DNA of 63,421 bases from assembly GCA_964650515.1 (NCBI GenBank), contig CAZYUB010000013.1, positions 1 to 63,421 of the forward strand, read 5' to 3'. The stretch's first letter is position 1; every line of letters begins with the position of its first letter. Below are positions 16,883-25,784 of this stretch, piece by piece. The notes beneath the pieces are model-generated. The model had not been told where the DNA came from and did not search any database. It saw only the letters and a program-made list of their open reading frames with translations. Source of the DNA: an uncultured Planctomycetia bacterium. Its GTDB lineage: Bacteria > Omnitrophota > Gorgyraeia > Pluralincolimonadales > Pluralincolimonadaceae. A program made the translations under genes and the position numbers.

Positions 16883-17649
16883 TCATCTATGTATTCGTGT
16901 TCATGTTCGGTTCCATAGTCGGAAGTTTCCTGAACGTATGCATACACCGGCTGCCGCGCGGCGAGTCGATAGTATTCCCCGCATCGCATTGCCCGACGTG
17001 CAACAGGGCGCTGCCGTGGTACCTGAACATACCGTTCGTCAGCTACCTGATGCTCGGGGGCAGGTGCGCGTACTGCAAGGGGAAGATAGCGTTCCGGTAT
17101 TTCGTGGTAGAGGGGATCACGGCTTTGGTGTTCACCGCGCTCTTCTGGCGTTTCGGGCCGCGGCCGGATTTTTTCATATATACCGCGCTCTTTGCGGTGC
17201 TGATAGTGATATCGTTCATAGATATAGAGCATTGGATAATACCCGATGAGCTTAGTATCCCCGCGACGGTACTGGGCCTTGTCGCGAGTTTCGCGTATCC
17301 GGTGATGCAGGGCGAGGCCTCGCGGTTGGCGGGATTGAGGGAATCGTTCTTTGGCCTCGTATTCGGGTTCGTATCGTTGTACCTGTTAGCGCTGCTCGGC
17401 AGGATATTATACAAAAAAGAAGCGATGGGTGGGGGAGACCTTATGCTGCTGATGCTGATAGGTTCGTTCCTCGGCTTTAAGCTGACGATAGTGGCTTTCT
17501 TCGTAGCACCGGTCTTCGGATCGCTGGTCGGCGTGCCGAAATTGTTGATGAAGAAGCAGGATATAATACAGTACGGGCCGTTCCTTGCGATAGCCGCGTT
17601 TGTTTGCGTGTTCTTCAGGGACGACATATTGGCGCTTTTCCCGTTATAG
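16870..17649 (+). CDS. pilD: Prepilin peptidase/N-methyltransferase
   Basis: GSFLNVCIHRLP, CPTC...CAYC, IDIEHWIIPD, MGGGD, YGPFLA. Confidence 0.96.
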   Translation: MLSIIIYVFVFMFGSIVGSFLNVCIHRLPRGESIVFPASHCPTCNRALPWYLNIPFVSYLMLGGRCAYCKGKIAFRYFVVEGITALVFTALFWRFGPRPDFFIYTALFAVLIVISFIDIEHWIIPDELSIPATVLGLVASFAYPVMQGEASRLAGLRESFFGLVFGFVSLYLLALLGRILYKKEAMGGGDLMLLMLIGSFLGFKLTIVAFFVAPVFGSLVGVPKLLMKKQDIIQYGPFLAIAAFVCVFFRDDILALFPL

Positions 17650-17666
17650 ACACAGGAGGATAGAAG

Positions 17667-18713
17667 ATGCTCAGATACCTTACGGCAGGCGAATCCCACG
17701 GCAGGTTCCTTTTGGGGATACTCGAAGGCATGCCTTCGGGGCTCAAGGTGGACAAGGGGACGATCAACCTCGAACTCAAACGCAGGCAGTCCGGCTTCGG
17801 CAGGGGTGCGAGGATGGCGATAGAGCAGGATACCGTCCAGGTGCTGTCGGGCCTGCGCAAGGGCGTCACTATCGGGAGCCCGCTCGCGCTGATGATAGAG
17901 AACAAGGACGCGTCCATAGATATAATGCCCTCGATAACGAGGCCGCGCCCGGGCCATGCGGACCTTGCCGGCGCGCTGAAATACAATACGTCCGACATAC
18001 GCGATATACTCGAGAGGGCGTCCGCGCGAGAGACCGCAATCCGCGTCGCCGTAGGGGGCGTTTGCAGGATGTTCCTCGACGAGTTCGGCGTAAGGATAGC
18101 CAGCCATGTAATGGAGATCGGCGGCGCCACGCGCGATAAGGAGATGCTCAAGAAGGTCGAAGAGTGCGCGAGGACAGGCGACACGCTCGGCGGAATATGC
18201 GAGATAACCGCGGCCGGGTTGCCTGTCGGCCTCGGCAGCCATGTATCGCCGGACAGGCGGCTCGACGCGAGGATAGCGGGCGCGATGATGTCGATACAGG
18301 CGATAAAGGGTGTCGAGATAGGGCTCGGTTTTGCCGCAGCGCGCCTGCCCGGCTCGAAGGTCCACGACGAGATAACCTACGACAGGAAAGGCGGTTTCTC
18401 GCGCAGTTCGAACAATGCCGGCGGCATAGAAGGCGGCATGACGAACGGGGAGCCGGTGATCGTGAAGATAGCGATGAAACCGATAGCGACGCTCGGGAAA
18501 CCGCTCGCGTCGGTCGATATAAAGACGAAGAAGAAGGTGACCGCGCAGGTCGAGAGGCATGATGTCTGCGCGGTATACGCCGCTTCCGTGGTCGGCGAGG
18601 CCGTGCTCGCTTTTGAGCTTGCCAATGCCATGTCCGAGAAGTTCGGCGGGGACAGCATGGCCGAGATGAAGAGGAACTACGACGGGTACATCAAGCAGGT
18701 GAAATCCTTTTAG
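17667..18713 (+). CDS. aroC: Chorismate synthase
   Basis: [31 protein letters not shown]. Confidence 0.97.
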   Translation: MLRYLTAGESHGRFLLGILEGMPSGLKVDKGTINLELKRRQSGFGRGARMAIEQDTVQVLSGLRKGVTIGSPLALMIENKDASIDIMPSITRPRPGHADLAGALKYNTSDIRDILERASARETAIRVAVGGVCRMFLDEFGVRIASHVMEIGGATRDKEMLKKVEECARTGDTLGGICEITAAGLPVGLGSHVSPDRRLDARIAGAMMSIQAIKGVEIGLGFAAARLPGSKVHDEITYDRKGGFSRSSNNAGGIEGGMTNGEPVIVKIAMKPIATLGKPLASVDIKTKKKVTAQVERHDVCAVYAASVVGEAVLAFELANAMSEKFGGDSMAEMKRNYDGYIKQVKSF

Positions 18714-19214
18714 ATGAAGAACATAATACTTGTGGGATTCATGGGGACCGGCAAGACGGCGGTCGGCAAGGCGCTGGCCAAGCGCCTTGGGCTCAGGTTC
18801 GTCGATATGGACGATATTATCGAGGAACGCGAGGGCATGAAGATATCCGAGATCTTCGAGAAGAAGGGCGAGAAATACTTCAGGCATTCCGAGAGCAAGG
18901 TCGCCAGGGACATCGCCCTGCAGACCGGGCTTGTCGTCGCCGTGGGCGGCGGCGCCGTAATCGACGATGAGAACGTCAGGAACCTGAAATCCAACGGGGT
19001 GATGTTCTGCCTTGTCGCAGCGCCGGAGACGATATTCGCCAGGACGAAGGGCCATACTCACAGGCCGCTGCTGAATGTCAGCGACCCGAAGGAGAAGATA
19101 GCCAAACTCATGGCCAAGCGCGCCGAGTATTACGCGAGGGCCGATTACAGGATAGATACCGGGAACCTTTCGGTAGAGGGCGTCGCAGATAAAATAATGG
19201 AGCTCATCAAGTGA
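18714..19214 (+). CDS. aroK: Shikimate kinase
   Basis: GFMGTGKT P-loop, GGGAV, HRPLL. Confidence 0.96.
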   Translation: MKNIILVGFMGTGKTAVGKALAKRLGLRFVDMDDIIEEREGMKISEIFEKKGEKYFRHSESKVARDIALQTGLVVAVGGGAVIDDENVRNLKSNGVMFCLVAAPETIFARTKGHTHRPLLNVSDPKEKIAKLMAKRAEYYARADYRIDTGNLSVEGVADKIMELIK

Positions 19215-20332
19215 CGGAACTCGAATACCTTATCGCGCTGAATTCCGTACCCGATGTCGGGTATGTAAGGATAAAGAACCTCATAGCGCGTTTTGGAGGT
19301 ATCGAAGCTGTTTTCAAGGCGACGAGAGAACAGCTTGAGGAGACGGAAAAGATAGGCCCGAAGATCGCCTCCGCGATAGCGGGCTGCGACAAGGAGAAGG
19401 CCCTGGAAACAGAGCTTAAGCTCGCCGCGGCTTCAGGCGCGAGGATAATATCCTATTTGGACGACGAATACCCGGCGAACCTGAAACAGATCTACGACCC
19501 TCCGGCTGTATTATACATCAAGGGCGCGTTCGGGCCCGAGGACAAGTTTTCGGTGGCGATAGTCGGCTCGCGCAGGGCAAGCCGTTACGGCCTGCAGACC
19601 GCCGAGAGGTTCGGCATGGAATTCGCCGCGCGCGGAATGACCGTGGTGTCTGGCCTGGCCAGGGGGATAGACGCGGCCGGGCACAGGGGCGCCCTGAAGG
19701 CGAAGGGAAGGACTGTCGCCGTGCTGGGCAGCGGGCTCGCGAACATATATCCGCCGGAACATGCGGAGCTCGCCGGCAGCATACTTGACGGCGGCGGCGC
19801 GATAATTTCAGAATTTCCGATGGCATGCGAGCCGTATAAGGATAATTTCCCGAGGAGGAACAGGATAATAAGCGGGCTCTCGCTCGGCGTCGTGGTCGTA
19901 GAGGCCGCGAAGGGATCGGGCGCGCTCATAACGACCGACTTCGCGCTCGAACAGGGCAGGGAGCTCTTCGCCGTGCCCGGCAACGCCGGCTCGGTTACAT
20001 CCGCGGGAACGAACACGCTGATAAAGCAGGGCGCTAAGCTTGTCGAATCAGCCGACGATGTCATCGAGGAACTCGGTGACATGATAAAAGGGCATATGAG
20101 GCCGTCCGCCGCGATAACGCCGCGCGCCGCCTCATACCGCGCATCAGGGCTTGAAGGGCCGCAGAAGAAGGTCCTTGAATCCCTCGGGGATACGCCGGTC
20201 TCGGTAGACGAGATAATTGACGGCACGCAGCTGGACGCTCCGGAGGCGGTAGGAGCGCTCGTGAAGCTCGAGATATTAGGGCTGGTCGAACGGCTGCCAG
20301 GGCAGTCATACGTCAGGAAAGGCACATCATGA
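19211..20332 (+). CDS. dprA: DNA-processing protein DprA
   Basis: AIVGSR, SGLARGID, FPRRNRIISGLS, EAAKGSGALIT, C-terminal winged helix. Confidence 0.96.
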   Translation: MTELEYLIALNSVPDVGYVRIKNLIARFGGIEAVFKATREQLEETEKIGPKIASAIAGCDKEKALETELKLAAASGARIISYLDDEYPANLKQIYDPPAVLYIKGAFGPEDKFSVAIVGSRRASRYGLQTAERFGMEFAARGMTVVSGLARGIDAAGHRGALKAKGRTVAVLGSGLANIYPPEHAELAGSILDGGGAIISEFPMACEPYKDNFPRRNRIISGLSLGVVVVEAAKGSGALITTDFALEQGRELFAVPGNAGSVTSAGTNTLIKQGAKLVESADDVIEELGDMIKGHMRPSAAITPRAASYRASGLEGPQKKVLESLGDTPVSVDEIIDGTQLDAPEAVGALVKLEILGLVERLPGQSYVRKGTS

Positions 20333-20526
20333 AGATATGCGTTAACGGAAAAGATATCCAGGCGGAAGACGGCCTAACCATTGCCGCGCTCATAACGCAG
20401 CTCAAGGCCGACGTAAAATACGCCGCGGTAGAGCTGAACCTCGAGATAATCGACAGGGCGTCTTATAGTTCCGTTAAGCTCAAGGACGGCGACAAGGTGG
20501 AGATAATATTGCCCGTCGGCGGCGGC
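20329..20526 (+). other. thiS: ThiS/MoaD-family sulfur-carrier domain with internal GG motif (part of topA ORF)
   Basis: MKICVNG...AVELNLEIIDR...LKDGDKVEIILPVGGG matches the ThiS consensus over its full length. Confidence 0.88.
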
Positions 20527-22530
20527 GCACCTTCGGGCGCGCTCGTCATCGTGGAGTCGCCGGCAAAGGCGAAGACCATAGAGAAGTTCCTCGGTAAGGG
20601 TTTTATTGTCCGGCCTTCCATGGGCCATGTCATAGACCTGCCGATGAGGAAGATGGGCGTAGATATCGAGAACAACTTCCAGCCGAGCTACGTCGTGATA
20701 GCGAAGAAGAAGAAACTGTTAAGCGAACTGAAGGCGGAAGCGAAAGACAAAGACGTCGTATATATAGCGACCGACCCTGACCGCGAAGGCGAAGCGATCG
20801 GCTGGCACCTCGCGTCGCACCTCGGCAAGAACAAAGAGGTAAAGAGGGTCGTATTCCACGAGATAACGAAGAAAGCGATCCTCGAGGCGTTCGATAACCC
20901 TGCAGAGATAGATACCAAGCTCGTGAACGCGCAGCAGGCGCGCCGCGTGATCGACAGGATAGTCGGGTACTCGTTGAGCCCGCTCCTCTGGAAGAAGCTG
21001 ACCCGCGGCCTAAGCGCCGGGCGCGTGCAGTCGATCGCGGTGAAGCTGATCGTGGACCGCGAGCGTGAGATAGAGAAGTTCGTCCCGCAGGAGTATTGGG
21101 AGGTGGAGGCCGAATTAAAGAAGCACAAGGACCGCAAGACCTTCTTCGCGCAACTCGATAAGATAGACGACAAGAAGGCCGAGGTCAAGGACAAGGCCAC
21201 AGCCGACGCGATATTATCGGAACTGCAGGGCGCGAAGTATAAGGTAAAGGATATAAAACAGTCCGAGAAGAAACTGAACCCGCAGGCGCCTTTCACGACG
21301 TCGAAGATGCAGCAGGAGTCATTCAACAAGCTGCATTTTAGGGCCGGCAAGACGATGAAGATAGCCCAGCAGCTTTACGAAGGCCTTGATATCGGCAAGG
21401 AGGGCACCGTCGGCCTCATCACTTACATGAGGACCGACTCGGTAAAAGTGGCATTCTCCGCCATCGAGGAAGCGAGGTTCTATATCAAGGACAAGTTCGG
21501 CGCGGAATATTTGCCTGCGGCGGCGAATGAATACAAATCCAAGAAGGCCGCGCAGGAAGCCCATGAGGCGATAAGGCCCACCTCGGTCGCGAGGGAGCCG
21601 GAATCCGTCAAGGAATACCTTTCGCAGGACCAGTACCGGCTGTACAAGCTGGTATGGGCGAAATTCGTCTCGAGCCAGATGAAGCCCGCGATAATATCGG
21701 TGGTATCGGTGGATATAGAGGCGGGCAGGTGCATGTTCAGGGCGTCCGGCTCGACAGTCGTATTCCCCGGGTTCAAGGCCGCGTATGATATAGAAGAAGA
21801 AGGCGAACCCGCCGACAAGAAGAAGTCGTACCTTCCGAAGCTGGAAGCGGGCGAAGCGCTGGACCTCGTCAAGATAGACCCCACACAGCATTTTACGAAG
21901 CCGCCGCCAAGGTATACGGACGCGTCGCTGGTCAAGGCGCTCGAGGAGGACGGCATAGGCCGCCCCTCGACCTACGCGCCGACCATCGAGACGGTCGTCG
22001 CGCGATTTTACGTCAGGCGCGAGGGATCGGCCCTCTGGCCGACCGAGCTCGGCACGGTCGTCAACGACCTGCTGACGAAGAGCTTCCCTGTCATAATCGA
22101 CGAAGAGTTCACCGCGAAGATGGAAGAGGAGCTCGACGATATAGAAGAGGGAAAGGTCGAGTGGACCACGGCATTGAAAGATTTCTACGGCCCGTTCTCG
22201 CAATGGCTCTCGAAAGCCCAGGTGGAGATGAAAGAGGTCAAGAAGGACGTCGAGGAACTCAATGAGGTATGCGAGAAGTGCGGCCGCAAGATGATAGTCA
22301 AGTGGGGCAGGCGCGGCAAGTTCAAGAGCTGTTCGGGATTCCCGGAATGCAAGAACGCGAAACCGATGGTCACCACGGGCATAAAATGCCCCGAGCCAGG
22401 ATGCGACGGCGAGCTCGTCGAGCGCCGTTCCCGCCGCGGCGCGTTCTACGGGTGCTCGCGCTTCCCAACGTGCAGGCATGTGGAGAATAAGCCAAAACAG
22501 ACAGAGGAAAAACCGACGGAGCAAACTTGA
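20329..22530 (+). CDS. topA: DNA topoisomerase I with N-terminal fused ThiS-like ubiquitin-fold domain
   Basis: aa 1-66 ThiS-like ending VGGG; then LVIVESPAKAKT TOPRIM, ATDPDREGEAI, SAGRVQS, LITYMRTDS and two C4 Zn ribbons. Confidence 0.95.
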   Translation: MKICVNGKDIQAEDGLTIAALITQLKADVKYAAVELNLEIIDRASYSSVKLKDGDKVEIILPVGGGAPSGALVIVESPAKAKTIEKFLGKGFIVRPSMGHVIDLPMRKMGVDIENNFQPSYVVIAKKKKLLSELKAEAKDKDVVYIATDPDREGEAIGWHLASHLGKNKEVKRVVFHEITKKAILEAFDNPAEIDTKLVNAQQARRVIDRIVGYSLSPLLWKKLTRGLSAGRVQSIAVKLIVDREREIEKFVPQEYWEVEAELKKHKDRKTFFAQLDKIDDKKAEVKDKATADAILSELQGAKYKVKDIKQSEKKLNPQAPFTTSKMQQESFNKLHFRAGKTMKIAQQLYEGLDIGKEGTVGLITYMRTDSVKVAFSAIEEARFYIKDKFGAEYLPAAANEYKSKKAAQEAHEAIRPTSVAREPESVKEYLSQDQYRLYKLVWAKFVSSQMKPAIISVVSVDIEAGRCMFRASGSTVVFPGFKAAYDIEEEGEPADKKKSYLPKLEAGEALDLVKIDPTQHFTKPPPRYTDASLVKALEEDGIGRPSTYAPTIETVVARFYVRREGSALWPTELGTVVNDLLTKSFPVIIDEEFTAKMEEELDDIEEGKVEWTTALKDFYGPFSQWLSKAQVEMKEVKKDVEELNEVCEKCGRKMIVKWGRRGKFKSCSGFPECKNAKPMVTTGIKCPEPGCDGELVERRSRRGAFYGCSRFPTCRHVENKPKQTEEKPTEQT

Positions 22531-23411
22531 TAGACAGGTATATCGAGAAGTTCATTAGGTACCTTGAGATAGAGCGTAACGCCTCGAAGCATACGCTCGT
22601 GAACTATTCCATAGACCTTAAATCCCTGCGAGAGTTCCTGAAGGAAGAGCCGATAGAGAAGGTCGATTACGTCTCGTTGCGCAGGTATCTCGCGCACGTG
22701 AAAGAGACGAACCTTTCGAAGGTCTCGATAGCGCGCAAGATCGCCTCGATAAGGTCGTTCTTCAAGTTCCTTTTCAGGGAAGGCATAATCAAGAACAACC
22801 CCGCGTCGTCGCTCTCGACGCCAAAACGCGACAAGCACCTGCCGAAATTCCTCGATGAAAAAGAGATTGTCCTGCTGCTCGAATCGCCGGGGAAAGAGGA
22901 CGAGGCCGGGCTGCGCGACGGCGCGATACTCGAGACGCTCTATTCGACCGGCATCAGGGTCAGCGAGCTCGTAGGGCTGAACACCGATACCGTCGACCAG
23001 ATAGGCGGCGTCATAAAGGTCTACGGCAAGGGCAAGAAGGAGAGGATCGTGCCGATAGGCGACAGGGCCCTGCAGGCGATAAGGGATTACCTGAAAAAGA
23101 GGCGCGCCTCGAATACCAAAGATACGCACCCGGGAAAGGCGCTGTTTTTCAACAAGAACGGAGGCCGCCTGACGGACCGTTCCGTAAGGCGGATAATAAA
23201 CAAATATATAACCAAGACAAGCATACAGCAGAAGATATCCCCGCACACCCTGCGCCATTCGTTCGCCACGCACATGCTTGACCACGGGGCGGACCTCAGG
23301 AGCGTGCAGGAGCTTTTGGGGCACGCGAACCTTTCCACGACCCAGATATATACGCATATAACTACCGAAAGGCTCAAGTCCGCGTACACTAAAGCGCATC
23401 CGCGGGCCTGA
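22527..23411 (+). CDS. xerC: Tyrosine recombinase XerC
   Basis: RD-x-AILETLYSTGIRVSEL, GKGKKER, HTLRHSFATH, LLGH, TQIYT; dprA-topA-xerC synteny. Confidence 0.93.
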   Translation: MIDRYIEKFIRYLEIERNASKHTLVNYSIDLKSLREFLKEEPIEKVDYVSLRRYLAHVKETNLSKVSIARKIASIRSFFKFLFREGIIKNNPASSLSTPKRDKHLPKFLDEKEIVLLLESPGKEDEAGLRDGAILETLYSTGIRVSELVGLNTDTVDQIGGVIKVYGKGKKERIVPIGDRALQAIRDYLKKRRASNTKDTHPGKALFFNKNGGRLTDRSVRRIINKYITKTSIQQKISPHTLRHSFATHMLDHGADLRSVQELLGHANLSTTQIYTHITTERLKSAYTKAHPRA

Positions 23412-23421
23412 GATACCGATT

Positions 23422-24699
23422 ATGAAGATGTTATACGACGCGTTTTTCATGGTTTTTTCCGTCCTCTACCTGCCTTATTTCGTGGTAAAAGGCAAATGGC
23501 GCGGTTTCAGCCGGCAGAGGTTCGGCATATTCCCCGAAGAACTGCTCGCGCGCATAAAGGGCCCCTGCACGATATGGCTGCACGCGGTGTCCGTAGGCGA
23601 AGCGATAGCGAGTTTACCGCTGTATGATGAGATACGCAGGAACTACCCGTCGGCGAGGATCGTCGTCTCGACCGTGACGCCGACAGGCAACCATATAGCC
23701 CGCGAAAGGTTCAAGGGCGCCGCTGTCATCTACCTGCCGCTCGATATAAGCTTTATAACGGAAAAGGTCGCGCAGATAATAAAACCGAAGGTCCTGCTCA
23801 TAGCCGAGACCGAGATATGGCCTAACCTCATATCCTCGGTCAAGAGGTCCGGCGCGAAGATAGTGATATTCAACGGCAGGGTCTCGAATAAATCGTTCAA
23901 GAACTATTCCGCGGTAAGGTCGATGCTCAAGAAGATACTGAAAAAGGTCGACCTTTTCCTAATGCAGTCGAGGCCCGACGCCGACAGGATAATATGCCTC
24001 GGCGCGCCGGATGAAAGGGTGAAGGTCTCGGGAAACCTGAAGTTCGACGCGGCCCTTTCCGCGGGGAAGGCCGACGAGAGGGAGGGCTTCAGGAAGAAGC
24101 TCGGGTTGCAGCCCGACGAGAGCCTGCTGATCGCGGGCTCGACGCATCCCGGGGAGGAAGAGATAATACTCAGGGGGTTCAGGAAGCTCTCGCGGGAGTT
24201 CCCGAAATTGCGCCTGCTTATAGCTCCGAGGCATACGGATAGGTCCCCGGCAGTGTCAGGCCTGGTCAGGTCCGCCGGTTTCAAGCCGCGGTCCGTTTCG
24301 AAATCCGACCACAGCCCGTCGAGGATTGAGGATGTATACGTTCTTGATGTTATGGGCATCCTCGCGCGCCTCTATTCCGCGGGGGACATAGTATTCATAG
24401 GCGGAAGCTTCATAAAGAAAGGCGGGCAGAACCCGCTCGAGGCCGCGTATTATTCGAAGGCGATACTTTTCGGCCCGCATATGCATAATTTCGAAGGGAT
24501 CGCCGGGGCGCTTCTTTCGAAGAAAGCCGCAATGCGCGTATCGGACGAGGAGGACCTGGTCCGGAGCGCCAGGATGCTGCTGCACGATCCCGACGGACGG
24601 GGCGCGATGGGTGAGAGGGCGCGTTCGGTCCTCGAAGCCAACGCAGGGGTCGCTGAGAAAGACCTGGAACTTATTGAGCCGTTGATAGGTAAAGCATGA
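23422..24699 (+). CDS. waaA: Kdo transferase
   Basis: WLHAVSVGE, AETEIWPN, GSTHPGEE, APRH, GGQNPLE. Confidence 0.95.
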   Translation: MKMLYDAFFMVFSVLYLPYFVVKGKWRGFSRQRFGIFPEELLARIKGPCTIWLHAVSVGEAIASLPLYDEIRRNYPSARIVVSTVTPTGNHIARERFKGAAVIYLPLDISFITEKVAQIIKPKVLLIAETEIWPNLISSVKRSGAKIVIFNGRVSNKSFKNYSAVRSMLKKILKKVDLFLMQSRPDADRIICLGAPDERVKVSGNLKFDAALSAGKADEREGFRKKLGLQPDESLLIAGSTHPGEEEIILRGFRKLSREFPKLRLLIAPRHTDRSPAVSGLVRSAGFKPRSVSKSDHSPSRIEDVYVLDVMGILARLYSAGDIVFIGGSFIKKGGQNPLEAAYYSKAILFGPHMHNFEGIAGALLSKKAAMRVSDEEDLVRSARMLLHDPDGRGAMGERARSVLEANAGVAEKDLELIEPLIGKA

Positions 24700-25784
24700 G
24701 CGACAGCATCAAAAGATATTTCCTTTCCCTGATGTCCGATGATCCCGAGGCGCGCGGCATCGTTTCGGAAATCCTCAAATGGCTGCTGTACGAGCTGTCT
24801 TTTGTGTACGGTTCGGCGCTTGCGATCGCGAGAGCCGGCGCGAAACCCTACCGTCCCCGCGGATGCAAAGTCATCAGCGTCGGCAATATCACTCTCGGCG
24901 GGACGGGCAAGACGCCCCTTGTCGCCGCGATAGCGCGAAGGTTCAGGCAGGAAGGGAAGAAGGTGGTTATCCTTTCACGCGGTTATATGACGGACGCGAA
25001 GACCGGGATAGCGGATGAACCGGAATTCTACAGGAAGACGCTCGGGGGCGTGCCTGTTATAACGGGCCGCGACAGGGCCGCTTCGGCGAAAGAGGCGGAG
25101 GCGAAATATTCCCCCGGCCTGCTGCTTCTCGACGACGGGTTCCAGCACTGGAACCTCGCGAGGGACCTTGATATAGTCACCGTAGATGTGAACAACCCTT
25201 TTGGGAACGGGAGTTTGCTCCCGAGAGGAATACTCAGGGAGCCGGTCTCTTCCCTGAAGAGGGCCGGCGTGGTCGTGATCACGAAAGTCCTCCCCGATAT
25301 GTCGAGCCTCGGCAAGGCCGAGGCGTTAAAAAGCAGGATCAGGAAGGAGAACCCCGGCGCGCAGGTCTTCAACGCGTCATATTGCGCGCGGCGCCTGTAT
25401 GACGCCACGGGTGGGTACGAGACGTCACCCGACGCGATAAACGGGAAACAGGTGGCGTTGCTATGCGCGATAGGGGACCCGCGTTCGTTCGAGGATACCG
25501 TAGTGTCTACGGGTGCCATTGCCGCGGCGCGGTATTATTTCATCGACCATCATATATTCAACGCGGCGGAGATCGGGCGCATGATGAAGGAATGCAGGGA
25601 TAAGGGCATCGATACTATCGTAACGACCGAGAAGGACCTACCTCGCATAAAGAATTCAGGTATGGCACCGGCCTTGACCGGAGAATTTGGTGTCCGGATA
25701 CTCGCGCTTTCGGTCGATCTCGTAATAGACAAAGAGGAGCAATTTTTTGGCGGACTGGATACTCTATTTACTCGTAAGGGCTGA
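24696..25784 (+). CDS. lpxK: Tetraacyldisaccharide 4'-kinase
   Basis: SVGNITLGGTGKTP, LSRGY, LDDGFQH, GILREP. Confidence 0.95.
   Translation: MSDSIKRYFLSLMSDDPEARGIVSEILKWLLYELSFVYGSALAIARAGAKPYRPRGCKVISVGNITLGGTGKTPLVAAIARRFRQEGKKVVILSRGYMTDAKTGIADEPEFYRKTLGGVPVITGRDRAASAKEAEAKYSPGLLLLDDGFQHWNLARDLDIVTVDVNNPFGNGSLLPRGILREPVSSLKRAGVVVITKVLPDMSSLGKAEALKSRIRKENPGAQVFNASYCARRLYDATGGYETSPDAINGKQVALLCAIGDPRSFEDTVVSTGAIAAARYYFIDHHIFNAAEIGRMMKECRDKGIDTIVTTEKDLPRIKNSGMAPALTGEFGVRILALSVDLVIDKEEQFFGGLDTLFTRKG

Noticed and set aside
22527-23411. xerC as the integron integrase
   Set aside because: About 295 aa, no evident IntI-specific insertion, in the housekeeping dprA-topA-xerC context and 15 kb from the array.
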